NCBI RefSeq assembly: GCF_025526975.1
Contig: NW_026515675.1
Span: 372,001-436,000 of the forward strand
Source: Fimicolochytrium jonesii
Lineage: Eukaryota
DNA length: 64,000 nt
Reading direction: 5' to 3'
Shown here: in pieces, positions 14,048 to 26,144 of the stretch
How the letters are laid out: each line of letters opens with the position of its first letter
Numbering within the stretch: position 1 is the stretch's first letter
The notes under the pieces: generated by a model
Databases searched by the model: none
What the model saw: the letters and a program-made list of their open reading frames with translations, nothing else
Told to the model about the DNA's origin: nothing
Translations under genes and position numbers: made by a program

Positions 14048-14470
14048 CCCCCCCCCTCCCCCCCCCCCCCCACCCCCCCCCCAGATTCCACGATGCAAAC
14101 CTACTCCTGCAAGCTTGAGCAATGTAGAATATGAAGGTGTCCGGGATCGCACCCAGCGCAATCCTTAATGGTCCTCCTCATCGGTCCAAATAACCATGGT
14201 TCTGCAGCAAAAAGCCATGGCTTTGCAGCGGAAAGCCACGGTTCTGCAACTGAACATCAGGATAGTATGTCATTCAGGAAATCTTTCCAGAAGACCGTTG
14301 TGGGAAGCGGCTTTTGCAAACCATTCTGATTCAATGGTAATTGCCATCCACGCTACCTGCTACCGGCAGCGGGCATCCCAGCTGTGAATGCAACGGGTGT
14401 GCTTTCTATTGCACGTTGCCTAATACAAGTTGTCAGGCAATGGATGTACGCAACCATTGAGCCAACAAAG

Positions 14471-15080
14471 TATTGAAACCTTAGCTGATATAGGTGTATC
14501 TGAGAGGTCACTAAGACTGGGTCGCCGATGACTGAGGGACGTAGCTGCCCAAAGGGCAGTGTTGTGATGTAGAAGACAGTAGTGTGGCTAGAGTAGTGCG
14601 ATAGAAAGTAGTGTATTGAAGAGGATAAAGTGAAGAGAGGGGATGGGCAACAGGTCTGCCTTTTATACGAATCTGGGGCTTCTTTCTTGGGGATTTAGCT
14701 ATGTGCTGGGGCGTCCAAAGAACCTTCTGAGACCCCCTCAGAACGCCCAAGGCGTCTCTGAGTGCCGCAGTTAAGGTTGGTAAGGTTTTGCCAAGTCTGT
14801 GTAGCCTGCTGATGCCCTCTTGGACGTCTGCCAAGTCCGCGGAGCCCGCGGAAGGTGCTACAGGCTTCCACAAGCCCAATAAAGCCCGATCTAGCTACTA
14901 CAACCCAATCACAGCTCCATACGGGCACTACTGACCGCCATGAGCTCTAAGAACATCATGAAAGCGCAGTGCTGACGCCTGGATGTCTGGGAACTGGTCC
15001 AGACATCTTCAGAGCCTTCCAAGACGCGTCCTAAGTCTTGCAGAGCCTTCTAAGTGCCGCATCTTGGTGCTATCTCAATA
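14471..15080 (-). repeat. Copia 3' LTR
   Basis: TATTG...CAATA termini; near-identical to 19476-20085. Confidence 0.93.
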
Positions 15081-18000
15081 CTCCCTCTCACTTGAAGGCT
15101 CTGCAGCCTCTAAGTGCATCGCAGCTCTCAGACGTGTGAAGTCTGGCATGGGGAGGGGCTTGGTGAGCGCATCAGCTATCATCTCCTTTGTTGGGCAGTA
15201 CTGGAGGGTAACTGTCTTGTGTGCGACTTGTTCACGAATGAAGTGGTATCGGATGTCGATGTGCTTGGTTCGTGCATGGTGAACTGGGTTTGTGGCGAGT
15301 GCCATAGCTCCTTGGTTGTCTTCCCAGATGACTGTGGGCCCTTGAGCGAGTCCTGTCTTGTCTTGGTGCATGCTCATTTCTCTGAGTAGAGATCTGAGCC
15401 ACATGGCTTCTTTACAGGCGTCTGTGAGTGCCATGTATTTGCCTTTGGTGGAGGAGAGTGCTGTAGTGCATTGTTTGCGTGATTTCCAGCTTACTGGCCC
15501 GCCGAAGGTGAAGAGGTATCCTGTGGTCGATCTTCGAGTGTCTGGGCAGCCTCCCCAGTCTGAGTCTGACCATCCCACGAGTTTGGGGGTTCCTTGGACG
15601 GCTCCCATTCGAAGTTGGTAGTGTTTGGTCGTCTTGAGATACGCCAGAATGCGCTTGGCAGCTTTCCAATGTCCTTTGCCTGGATTGGCTAAGAACTGGC
15701 TCACAGCTCCAACTGCTTGGGCTATGTCTGGTCTTGTGCCGATCATTGCGTAGATCAGACTGCCTGACAATGGCTCGATAGGGCTTGTTCTGCATCTCTG
15801 CAGTCTCTTCAGGCGTTTGAGGTGCCATTTCCTTGGTGAGAGGGCTTCCCACGACGCTGGGAGTTGATACAGGCTTGCAATCGGTCATCCCGTATGTTTC
15901 AAGGCATTTTTCGATGTACCCAGTCTGGTTGAGCAGTCAGGAGTCGTGTGGCTCGGTCTCGAGTGACTAGGAGACCCAGGAAGTAGTGCAGGGCACCTAG
16001 ATCACGCATTTCGTACGCCTTCTGAAGTTCCTTGGCCTTGAAGCTGTCAAGATCGAGGCTCTTGTTGCTCATAAGTATGAGATCGTCCACATAGAGGATC
16101 AGGATGAGGAGCCAGCCCTCAAGAACCTGATATAGACGCAATGGTCTGAATCAAGACCAGTGAAGCCTTTCTCAACGAGAGTGCCGTGGATTTCGATGTT
16201 CCACTCCCTGGGGGCTTGTTCGAGACCATAGAGTGTCTTCTTGAGTTTAAGCACTAAGATGCTCTTCTCCTGGCTTGATGTAGCCCGGTGGCTGCTTCAT
16301 ATAGATCTCCTCACTGAGTGTCGGGTTCAGGAATGCAGTGGATACGTCCATTTGGTCCATTTCGAGGTCCTGAGCTGCTCCCCACATGACAGGAGTAGCC
16401 GAATGGTGTCGAACTTGGCCACTGGTGCGAATGTTTCGTTGTAGTCAACTCCCTCTTCTTGTGAGAAGCCTTGGGCGACTAGTCTGGCCTTGTAGCGTTC
16501 GAGACTGCCATCAGCATTCGTCTTGATCTTGTAAATCCACTTGCATCCGACAAGGTTGCCATCTTTGGGTGCTGGACAGAGCTCCCAGGTGCCGTTCTTG
16601 ACGAGGGATGCGTATTCAGCATCCATGGCTTCCTTCCACTTGGCTGAGGCGTTGGAGTTTAGAGCTTGCTTGAGGGTTTTGGGCTCTGTGTGCAGTACTT
16701 CGGTAGCCAGGGCATAGGCAAGGTTGCTTTGGCGTACTGCAAGTGCTCTGGGAGCGTGTGATGCGTCCGTAGTGCACCAAGTCATCATCTTCCTGGTCTT
16801 CCTGGTCGTCTAGGTCCTCTGGGGCCTCTGCCCATTGATCAGTGTCAGGTTGTGGGTTGGGAGATGAGTCAGGGAGGCTCAGAATCCCCCCCTGCAGCGT
16901 GCGGGCCGTAATTCGGTGGTGTCTGTGGGCTTGGGTGCGTGTGAAACAATGTTGTCAGGCTCAGGATCGAATTCAAAGCTAGCTAAGCTGTCATAGGAGC
17001 GATCTGATGTGTCTTCATGTGTATCTTCGTTGTCCAGGCTGTTGTAGAACTTGTTTTCATTGAACTGGACGTCTCTTGATTCGATAATGGTGCCCTGATC
17101 ATCGGGTTCGAGTGACTGGAGCCTCCAGGCTTTGCTGGAAGAGCTATAGCCGAGAAAGAGGCACTTCTTGGCTTTGTTGTCCAGTTTTCCTCGGTTTTTC
17201 TTGAGTACCATAGCATAGGCTATGCATCCAAACACTCTGAGATGAAGGAGGATGGGCTTGCAACCAAAGAAGGCTTCGTATGGCGTCTTGGAGTTGTCTA
17301 GGGCAACTGTAGGGCAGCGATTTCTAATGTGGACAGCTGCAAGCAGCGCTTCTCCCCAGTACTCGTGTCCAAGACCAGCCTGGGTGAGTGGGCAGCGTGC
17401 CATTTCGACTAGAGTTCGATTCATACGTTCCGCTACTCCGTTCTGCTGTGGGGTGTCGGTACCAGCGCGCTGATGTTGGATTCCAGCCTTTCTGAGTGCG
17501 AGGGTGAATTGGATGGATTCGTATTCGCCTCCTTTGTCCGATCTGAGGACTTTGATGGATTTCCCAGTCTGTTTCTCCATAAGAGCCTTGTATTCCTCCC
17601 ATGCATCAAAGGTATCGCTTTTCTTGCGTAGGAGCTTGACCCAGACGATTCTGGACTTGTCATCAATGAATGATGCAAAGTAGGTACATCCCCCAAAGGT
17701 AGACGTCCTCATGGGGCCACAGAGGTCAGTGTGGATGAGTGCCAGGACATCTGTGGCTCGGGTAGCTTGTTTCTTTGGGAAGGGAGCTCTGGACTGCTTG
17801 GAGAGCGTGCAGACTTCGCAGATGTGGCCATCAGGATGTCCGGTGACTGTGATATCACGTTGGTAGCCATTGGTGAGCTTCTGGACGTCTTGGGCATTCA
17901 GATGACCAAGTCTCTGATGCCAGATATGAAAGGGTGTGCTACGAAGTGCTCCTGCTGAGTAGGCGTGTTCAGGGGTAGCTTGGGCTGTCATGGTGTACAG

Positions 18001-19214
18001 GCCGTTGTCCTTGAGAGCCCTGAAGGCGAGAGCGCCATCCCTGGTCTTGATTGTGCATTCTGCACTCGAAAACTCGACTTGTGCTCCGTTCTCAGTCAGC
18101 TGGGCTACTGAGATGAGGTTCTTTTCGAGTTTGGGAACAAACCAGACGTTTCGAAGGGTGCCAGCGTGCTCCCCTTGTGTTCTAATCGAGATGGAGCCTG
18201 TTCCGATGGCTAGGACTGACCGGTTATCAGCTAGCTGGACCTGGATCTCAGTTTCCAGCGTCTTCTAGTCCTGGAGCCATTCCCTGACATGTGTCATGTG
18301 TGAGGAGGCTCCTGAATCGATAATCCAGCACTCTGGGTTGATTTTCGTGCGTTTCATAGCTGCCATGAAGAGGAACCCGGTTCCCTGGCTGGCCTGGTGT
18401 GGTTCGGCTGGATTTGCATTGTTGGCTTGAGCTAGCTCTCGTTTGAGCTTCTTGCACTCGTTCTTCCAGTGCCCTTCAATACCACAGTGGTGGCACTTTC
18501 CCTTCTTCCTGGCGAACCTGGCTGAACCCCCAGCCTCCTGCTGGTGTCCCCCGTCCCCAACAAAGGCGTTTCGAGTCGATCTGACTGGTTTTGAGTTCTC
18601 CTTGCGCCTAGCTTCTTCATTCAGAAGTCTGGCCGTCAAGAACTCCATGTCTAAGTCGTCTGCCCTGCTTTCGAGGCTTGTGATGACTTGTTCGTAGCTG
18701 TTTGGTAACCTGTATATCAAGGTCGTCATGATATCGTCTTCGGGTACTGGTGCGCCGCTAGCCTCCAGCTGTTGTGCGAGCTGTCTGACTTTGTTGATGT
18801 GGTTTGTGATCGAGTCAGACTTGTTCATAGTGATGGTAAGGAACTTTCGACGTAGGAAGAGCTTGCTGGCGAGCCCCTTTTGTTTGTGCACCTCAGCTAG
18901 CTTAGACCAGGCTTCCCAAGCCGTCTGAGCTGTATGCACATGCATAAGCTGCGTGTCGTTCAGACTGAGGCAGATGTATGCCAAAGCCCTCTTGTCCTTC
19001 CTCTCCATCGACTCCTCCTCCTCCCCGTCAGCCCCCTTTCCCTGCGACGAGCTTGCTGTAGCCGTAGCTCCTTCCTTCTCCTTCTTCCCAACTTCCATTG
19101 CCACCCAAAGTCCCTTTGCCTTCAACATCATCATCATCCTAAACTTCCATAGATGGTAGTTCTCCCTGTGAACTTATCCACCATAAGTTTCGAAGTCTCT
19201 GAGTCTCCAGCCAT
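15075..19214 (-). pseudogene. Copia gag-pol, broken by stops and frameshifts
   Basis: Fragments 18265-19137, 16879-17991, 16327-16788, 15899-16141 and 15075-15770 carry consecutive Copia domains. There is a 1-bp loss just after the gag start and a TAG at 18265. Confidence 0.9.
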
Positions 19215-19475
19215 TGTGTGTTCGAGCTAAAGTTGTCTGTTTCGGGTGTGTGGACGCGTTTTGGATGACGCTGTATTGTTGGACGCGTTTTGAGTGTCAA
19301 GTAGTGCGTATCTTTTCGAGTTGAGCACTTTGGCGCGTTTTTCGGTCGGAAACTGGTGATTTTGGAGGGATATGTGGAGTGTAGGGCGTAGGAAGCGTCC
19401 GTAGGGGGTTGGGAACGTCTTGAATGGGATTGGCGAAGACGGTTTTAGTGATGATAAAGCTCAGGGCTCATAACC

Positions 19476-20085
19476 TATTGAAACCTTAGCTGATATAGGT
19501 GTATCTGAGAGGTCCCTAAGACTGGGTTGCCGATGACTGAGGGATGTAGCTGCCCAAAGGGCAGTGTTGTGATGTAGAAGACAGTAGTGTGGCTAGAGTA
19601 GTGCGATAGAAAGTAGTGTATTGAAGAGGATAAAGTGAAGAGAGGGGATGGGCAACAGGTCTTCCTTTTATACAAATCTGGGGCTTCTTTCTTGGGGATT
19701 TAGCTATGTGCTGGGGCGTCCAAAGCACCTTTTGAGACCCCCTCAGAACGCCCAAGGCGTCTCTGAGTGCCGCAGTTAAGGTTGGTAAGGTTTTGCCAAG
19801 TCTGTGTAGCCTGCTGATGCCCTCATGGACGTCTGCCAAGTCCGCGGAGCCCGCGGAAGGTGCTGCAGGCTTCCACAAGCCCAATAAAGTCCATTCTAGC
19901 TACTACAACCCAATCACAGCTCCATACGGGCACTACTGACCGCCATGAGCTCTAAGAACATCATGAAAGCGCAGTGCTGACGCCTGGATGTCTGGGAACT
20001 GGTCCAGACATCTTCAGAGCCTTCCAAGACGCGTCCTAAGTCTTGCAGAGCCTTCTAAGTGCCGCATCTTGGTGCTATCTCAATA
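19476..20085 (-). repeat. Copia 5' LTR
   Basis: TATTG...CAATA termini; followed on the minus strand by the PBS ending at 19475. Confidence 0.93.
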
Positions 20086-20381
20086 CAAAGCTCTGTTGTT
20101 CAGAGTCAATGCCTATGTGTACCTCCGGGCATACAACCACTGAGTCTCCAGGAGTGATCACTTCCTGCTTACTCATTATGGACGGCGGCCGTAAATGCAT
20201 TTACCCTATGCGGATGTCGTTTACCATCAAGGGGTCATGGTAACACTCGTTTTGTGTAGCACGATGCAATCCCTCCACAGCTTTGACTTATGTCCAACAA
20301 TATCGTGAATGAGAACTTCTCTGCTCAATTGCAGCGATATCCGATGTTTTTCTTGAACAGAAGGTCCCATCTGGCTACAGA

Positions 20382-21849
20382 TCATTCATGGCTTTCAGCC
20401 AACTGTGCACTCTTGCATTGCAGAGCCTCAGTTCCCTTGGAGCGCTTCCACTTTCGCTTAATTGTAATGGATTCTACTTCACCAAGGACCAAGATGAAGT
20501 CGTCCAATGCAGCGCAGTCTTTCACTCGCTCGTGCGTTTCCCATGTAGTCTGCTCAGGTGGCCAACCAACCCAGTGAACGAGATACTGAGGTTTTCCATG
20601 GAGCAACCTAGTAGTATTCTTTGTCGCCTTTGACTTGGATGGGCATTGGGTTAGAGTCATCTACATTGTCGATGCGCATTGGATCTAGAGTCGCCTCGTG
20701 CCATGGCTTCAAGATATCCGTCTGGAAGACCGGGTATAAAGCGCCCATTAAAGCTGGCAGCTCCAACTCGTATGTTCCCGGGTGTGGTCCTTCCTTCTTC
20801 ACGATGAAGGGTCCAAGCCAGCTCTGTCTGAACTGGAGTGGCTTCTTGTTGAAAGCAGGGATTGTTATCCCGTCGCTGTGACGTTCACGATCGTGATACT
20901 TCGCTTGTTTGTCCTGGGCTTCCTGCAGTCTCTGATGCACTATGAGTTCAATGGATCAGTATGCCTCAGCACGCTTCTCCATCTGTACAATGAGCTCACG
21001 CCATGACTTATGCAAGAATGGGATCTACATATCGTCCATACGTTGCAACACCTTTGCATCAACTTGCCAATGCATCGGTGCCTGCGGAATTCTACCCAGA
21101 TCAACCTCGAAAGGGCAGTATCCAGTGCTGTTCTGCATACGGTTGTAGGCAAACTCCAACAACGGCAGTTTGTCAACCCAATCGTCTCCCGTTACATCAA
21201 GGTATGGTTTAAGCTTCCTCTTCAAGATAGGGAGACACCGTTCGCCCTTTCCGTCCGTCTGTTGGTGTCGTGCCGTGCTCAAGCTCTGCTTAGAGCCCAA
21301 CAACAATTGAAACACCTTCCAGAACTCTGCCAGGTAGCGTGGATCTTGATCTCCGACAATCACAGCTACAGTACCTGTATGGCGCTATGCTTGACGGAAG
21401 TAAAGCTGGGCCAACTCCTCAGCAGTTATTGGGGGTGTTGCAGGTATAAAGTACGCGTGCGATGACAGATAGTTGATGAAGACAATAGTACTGTTGTAGA
21501 ACGCATCACTATGCACCTTCCCCCCCCCCACGACCGTGTTATTGGCATCAAGACAGGATCCATACCAATCATGTGCCAGCATCGGTCGGGAATTGGGAGC
21601 AAACGAAGTAAGCCAACACGCTTACCTGTCGGCAAGCTTGCAATACAGTTCCTCGTAAAGCAGCTGGCACGTAAAACTTATCATGATACAGTAAACAATC
21701 ATGCTCATCGATTGAAAAACGTCGATCGAATGTAGACTGCTGTTCCTTTGGCTGTGACAACGCATTCTTCTGAGAAGCAAAGTACTCATCAGCCTCCAAG
21801 GTTTATACCCAATCCTCAAGCGTAACATTCCCCAAAAGAATATACTTGA
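20382..21849 (-). pseudogene. Degenerate Gypsy A integrase and chromodomain (left copy of the inverted duplication)
   Basis: Motifs HQQTDGKGER, LPLLEFAYN, WLGPF and QYLVHWVGWPPEQTTWE. Reverse complement of 43170-44637. Confidence 0.85.
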
Positions 21850-22443
21850 TGTTATGGACGACGCGTCCATACCATGCGCTTACCTCATGACAGCATCCCA
21901 ACAGTCAGTCAATGTCAATTCCCTGTCAAAACCTGACATCTGCCAAACCTCGCAGCCGCACGCAGCCGCGCTACCCCACACCTGCCACTGCCTTCATTTC
22001 TCCACGCAGCCGCACGTAGCCACACCTCCCAACACTCGGCGCTTACAAACCCTTCTCCATACTTCCCCACGTACCCGCCCACAGCCTCAGCGTAGCCACC
22101 CCATCCCCAGTCTTCTGTTTCCATACTTCCCCACGTACCCGCCCACAGCCTCAGCGTAGCCACCCCATCCCCAGTCTTCTGTTTCTATGCTTCCCCACCC
22201 TTGGCGCTTCTCTTGGCTTCCCTCTCATTCCGTACCCTTCTGCTTCCCCACGCTTCCCCAGCCTTCCCAGAAAAACATAAATAGCCGCCTCCCCTGAGCT
22301 CCCCACTTCCTGATCCCCCAGCAGATCAACACCAGTTCTTCCTAGTCTTGTTCTAGTTCTTGTTTCGGTCTGAATACCATTACCTGTCAACAACCTGCAC
22401 CACAAGTTGCCTCTATTTCCATCGGCTCCGCCCTTTCATAACA
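21850..22443 (+). repeat. Lone LTR of the Tf1-like Gypsy family B, with an internal 64-bp tandem duplication
   Basis: TGTTATG...CATAACA termini; reverse complement of 42640-43169. Unit 22057-22120 is repeated at 22121-22184. The flanks CTTGA and GTCAC do not match each other. Confidence 0.9.
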
Positions 22444-22560
22444 GTCACGCTGGGCATCTTCGATGACCCCTCAGACATGCTCCCGAATCGCGTGGCGTAG
22501 ACGAGATGGATAGCTTCACGATTTTTTTTTCTACAGGTAGCTTTCATAACAGAAGCTGCA

Positions 22561-23133
22561 ATGGAGGATCAAAAGGATACGCCAGTACAGAAGAACACAA
22601 ATCGGCCTCCTACTCCAGTTCCTGACGCAGACGATGGGATAAACAAAGTGCTTGACGCAACCATCAAGGAACGCCAGAAGAAGCCTAGAACAGCAGCTCA
22701 ACTGGAGGCTTTGAAGCGAGCGCAACAGAAACGCGCGGAGAACCTGCGGAAGCTCACCAAGATGAAAAAAGAGCAGGAAACGGAGGAGGCTAAGCGTCGC
22801 GAGTTAGAGGAGAAGGAAGCTGAGAAGGAACGAGCAAGGAAGATCATCGAGAAGTACGAGCGAGAAAAGGAGAAAGCCAAATTGAAAGCCAAGGAAGAGA
22901 GGGCCGCTAGGAAGGCGGAGCGGCATCAAATGGCAGGTGTGGAGCCAAAACAAACAGCAGCCAAGAAGAAGCCAATCGCGGCGGCACAACCCCAACAACG
23001 CGCGGCGAGTCCAGAGCTGCCGGATGATCTGGCCTACAGTAGCGAGGATGAAGCCACGACCGTCTCGGTTCCAACAGCTCAATCAATTCCAGTTGACGAG
23101 TTCATGGGGATCTTCGGGATGCGCTGGAGGTAA
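22561..23133 (+). CDS. Viral hypothetical K/E-rich coiled-coil protein (190 aa)
   Basis: Clean ORF with KKPRTAAQLEALKRAQQKRAENL followed by a charged helix; lies directly upstream of the MCP. Confidence 0.7.
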   Translation: MEDQKDTPVQKNTNRPPTPVPDADDGINKVLDATIKERQKKPRTAAQLEALKRAQQKRAENLRKLTKMKKEQETEEAKRRELEEKEAEKERARKIIEKYEREKEKAKLKAKEERAARKAERHQMAGVEPKQTAAKKKPIAAAQPQQRAASPELPDDLAYSSEDEATTVSVPTAQSIPVDEFMGIFGMRWR

Positions 23134-23207
23134 GAGTTGCAACCGTCGACTGTTCTTTTTTTTTCTTAGACAGAAAGCAAGACAGCAGGACGGCGCTAAA
23201 CATCAGC

Positions 23208-24509
23208 ATGAGCACGAACCCGGTCGTCCCGGCAAACTGGCAATATGCGTCTCGCCAGTTCTCGATGCATAGCGACGCCCTGAGTGAAAACATCGCCATC
23301 TATCGTCCGATCAAAGAAAACTTCGATTCGCGAACGAGCGCCAACAGTTTCAAAATAGTGATTGACAGTAGCTCGTCGTTCCTGCGGCCCCAAAGGTCAT
23401 ACCTGAGTGGGACCGTCTCCCTTTTCAACGCCGATGGGATGGCTCTGAAGACGGCCACTGTGTCCGACATTGGCGCAATGGGGTGCTTCAGATCAGCTTC
23501 TATTCGAATTGGCGGGAAGCTTGTAGATGAGATCAACGATTTTCCTTTGTTCTTGACTGACCTGTACCAATTCGTTGACAAGGAAAGGCGAAAGTATCTA
23601 GCGTACCATGAAGGCGCTGGCAATGCAAACGTGTTCAAGAATGACAATGGCTCGTTTACTTTTAAGCTCCACCTTCAGTTTGGGAGCATGAGGCCCCTGA
23701 ACGGGCAACCGTTGCCACTGTGCGTCTTGCCTAACCAAGCTTGTGAGCTGTCTTTGACTCTCAACACCCCCCAAAGCGCGTTCACAGATGCTCCTGCGGG
23801 TTCCTACTTCATCGTGAGCAACCTCCGCTACGTGGCCCAGCTTGTCACCCCAAGCAGCGAATATCTGAGCACCCTCTGGCGTGGCATTCAATCGGGCAAA
23901 TATTTGGAGATGGACTTCGTGTCTGTTAACCAACTTTCGAGCGTTTGCTCGGGAGCAAGTCAGAACAACTTTATTCTCCCCTTGTCCAACTCCCGTGTCA
24001 TCGGTCTCACCCACCGTTGGCGGGATGACAACACTTTTGCGACGACTACGGGAGATAAGTCGCGGATCTACACCACAGCTAACTTGAAGTCGTGGAGATA
24101 CCAGATTGGCCAGTACCGATTGCCGCTCACTGAGGACTTCGACGTAAGCGATTCAGTCATGATTGGGGCCCTCTCACTCAGCGAGAACACGTCCTATTAC
24201 TCGGAGGACATTGATCTAGACAAGTTCTACACCGATCGATTTATCATGCGGTACAGCTGGCAGAGTGGGGACGAAGATACCGAGTCATCGCTTAACCTTG
24301 TCGGCTCTGATGGTAACCTCCGCGTAATCACTACGCACGCGTTACCGGCGCCAAGCACGGCCGTGTCGTTGCTCATCGGGAAAAACCTAAGAAGGGTGTC
24401 ATACCTCCCCAGCTTAGGCAATGGGTTCTGGCCCAACAGGCTGCAGCACGGCGCAAAGGGCGATGAAAGTCCTCACGACGCGAGAAGTTGTGGCCACGTT
24501 TATCGATAA
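23208..24509 (+). CDS. Probable double-jelly-roll major capsid protein (PLV-type), C-terminus probably truncated near 24374
   Basis: Beta-rich pattern FKIVI..SFLRPQRSYL...GAMGCFRSASIRIGGKLVDEI...LPL..ELSLTL...YFIVSNLRYVAQLV...WRYQIGQYRLP matches the order of motifs I recognise in PLV/Polinton MCPs. Not confirmed by HMM. Confidence 0.7.
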   Translation: MSTNPVVPANWQYASRQFSMHSDALSENIAIYRPIKENFDSRTSANSFKIVIDSSSSFLRPQRSYLSGTVSLFNADGMALKTATVSDIGAMGCFRSASIRIGGKLVDEINDFPLFLTDLYQFVDKERRKYLAYHEGAGNANVFKNDNGSFTFKLHLQFGSMRPLNGQPLPLCVLPNQACELSLTLNTPQSAFTDAPAGSYFIVSNLRYVAQLVTPSSEYLSTLWRGIQSGKYLEMDFVSVNQLSSVCSGASQNNFILPLSNSRVIGLTHRWRDDNTFATTTGDKSRIYTTANLKSWRYQIGQYRLPLTEDFDVSDSVMIGALSLSENTSYYSEDIDLDKFYTDRFIMRYSWQSGDEDTESSLNLVGSDGNLRVITTHALPAPSTAVSLLIGKNLRRVSYLPSLGNGFWPNRLQHGAKGDESPHDARSCGHVYR

Positions 24510-24585
24510 AATCAACCTCGTCGGCACCACCATGAAAGCATGGTGGCGCAAAGCGAGAAGCAAACAAGATTCATATTTCACATAG
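24463..24585 (+). CDS. Putative 40-aa viral micro-ORF
   Basis: MKVLTTREVVATFIDKINLVGTTMKAWWRKARSKQDSYFT*. Its ATG overlaps the TGA of an upstream basic frame (ATGA) and it ends 5 bp from the convergent gene. Confidence 0.4.
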   Translation: MKVLTTREVVATFIDKINLVGTTMKAWWRKARSKQDSYFT

Positions 24586-24590
24586 ACACA

Positions 24591-26144
24591 TTACTTACCT
24601 TTCCTCGTCGAGGTCTGTATGTATCCAGGGTCGTAACTCAACTTTTCTGGCGCTTGAGCTGTTCTCGCAGACCGCTTCGTTGCAGGGGCCTTGCCTTTCC
24701 CCTTGCCCTTTGTAGCTTTCCGTAGCGGCACCGCGGGAGTGTCTTCGTTCGCCTCCACCGTTGGCTCTGGCCCGAAAACTTGGGTCTGCGTGGGATTAGG
24801 CGACCATCTTAGTCCGCTGGGACCAGGAGCAGAAGGCTGCGGTTCGGGAGAGAACTGAGGCGCTACGTCGGGTGAGATAGACATAGGCGAAGCCGAGTTC
24901 CCGCTTGTATGGCCATAGCGTTCCGGCGACGAGTTTAGGGAGCTCTGGCCAAAGATAGAATCGAAGGAAGGAAGGGATGGGGTTGGGGAACCTCTCGGTT
25001 GCCACTGCGTTTGGATCGGAGGTGGTACTGGACGTGTAGAAGCGGAGGCTGGAGTGGCAGAAGGTGAGTATTGCGTTCCCATGTCGGCGACCTCTTGAGT
25101 CCTCTGTTTCTTTAGAGTCTCAATCAAGGTTCGCATAGCCGCTATCTCGGTGATAGCCACCGCAGAAATCGTCTCAACCTGCTTCACGAGACGCAACATC
25201 TCGTCCGGACTGATTGTCGCCGGAAGGCTGCTTTCTTGGAAGCCCATCGACACGAGGATGTTGCGGAATGTGCCCATCGTAGCCGCGGATATATTCCCGA
25301 GCTGAGCCTCTTGGCCGCGAAGCTGCTGCTGGAGGGTTTCGTTTCCAAAACGAAGCTGATCCATGAACGTCTGGAAGCGCCCCCCGTTTGCAAAGATGAG
25401 ATCCAGAGTCGTCCGATCAAGGTCAGGAAGATCGGTTGCTGATGCAACGGAGCGCATGTCGCGGACCGCGTGCTTTGGAGGAGGGAGAACCGGGCTCGTC
25501 TGTGTACCGAAGGTCACACTGGAGACCTTTCCGAGCCGTCCCACCTCGTCGGTCAAGCTTTCGCCGTCATTCCGTTTCGTGACGACTGGGTTGGAACCGA
25601 GGATAGGCTTTCCTGCGTTGCTGTTCGCGTTCTCGGGCAGATGCGCGTTGTCTCCACGCCGAACGTTGCTGGTCACATCCCCCATGAATTGGTTCTGTTG
25701 AGTTCGAACCCAGCCCGGCTGATGAAAGATGGTTGTGGAACCGTCAGCCCCCGTCTGGGATGCCACGGATCTAGGTAGGGCGATGGTTCTGCCTCGACGC
25801 GGGAAGAGATTATTGGCATCGAGCTCGTCAAAGTAGGCTTGCTTTGCTCGCTCCCGTTCCACCGCGTGAAGCGCATCAACGGCGTCCCGAGCGACTTTAC
25901 TCTGGTAAGGAGCTGCCCGAAGCGCGATTTGTTCTTTGATGGCCGGGCGCCTGTCAAAGACGCCTTTGGCAACTCCCTTTCCTGGGACATGGAATCCTGT
26001 GTGGAAGAGCCTGTTCTACGTCTCGCCAGGTCTACCGCGAATGTATGCGTATTGTCTCGCATGGATGTTGAGGATTGGCTGATTTGGGTAAGTGAAAGCG
26101 CCAGCGCTTGGCAGGCTAGCGTTCCTGTCGTCGTACTCAACCAT
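24591..26144 (-). pseudogene. Viral hypothetical protein (~517 aa) with one in-frame TAG
   Basis: ATG at 26144 (MVEYDDRN...) is in frame with the 423-aa ORF 24591-25862; the only interruption is TAG at 26018-26016. Central helical region, Pro/Ser-rich stretch and basic C-terminus. Confidence 0.65.

Larger units (their letters stand above)
14471..20085 (-). mobile_element. Full-length Ty1/Copia retrotransposon (defective) inserted in the 3' region of Gypsy A
   Basis: Two 610-bp LTRs and a CAAAG TSD (14466-14470 and 20086-20090). PBS GGTTATGAGCCC, PPT TGAGAGGGAG. Domain order is gag (CCHC)-PR (IIDSGAS)-INT (GHLN, RSDKGGEY, QQNGVAER)-RT (KARLVAQG, YVDD)-RH (SDSDW, KHIDIRYH). Confidence 0.95.

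Noticed and set aside
14048..14082. Poly-C tracts here and at ~53610-53635 as G-quadruplex or regulatory novelties
   Set aside because: Best explained as Gypsy polypurine tracts: the first abuts a confirmed LTR end, the second a probable truncated one.
14511..14879. Repeated 122-aa ORF (also at 19516-19884 and 45135-45503)
   Set aside because: It lies inside the Copia LTRs, has a TTG start, and recurs only because the LTR does.
19462..19475. tRNA-Met anticodon-arm match as a tRNA gene
   Set aside because: Only 14 nt long and positioned as the Copia primer-binding site.
22057..22184. 64-bp tandem repeat as a CRISPR-like or functional array
   Set aside because: Two copies with no spacer; a simple duplication inside an LTR.
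24524..24549. Hairpin CCACCATG-AAAG-CATGGTGG as a virophage-style polyadenylation hairpin
   Set aside because: Only an 8-bp perfect stem, inside a putative micro-ORF, and no equivalent seen after the other viral genes.
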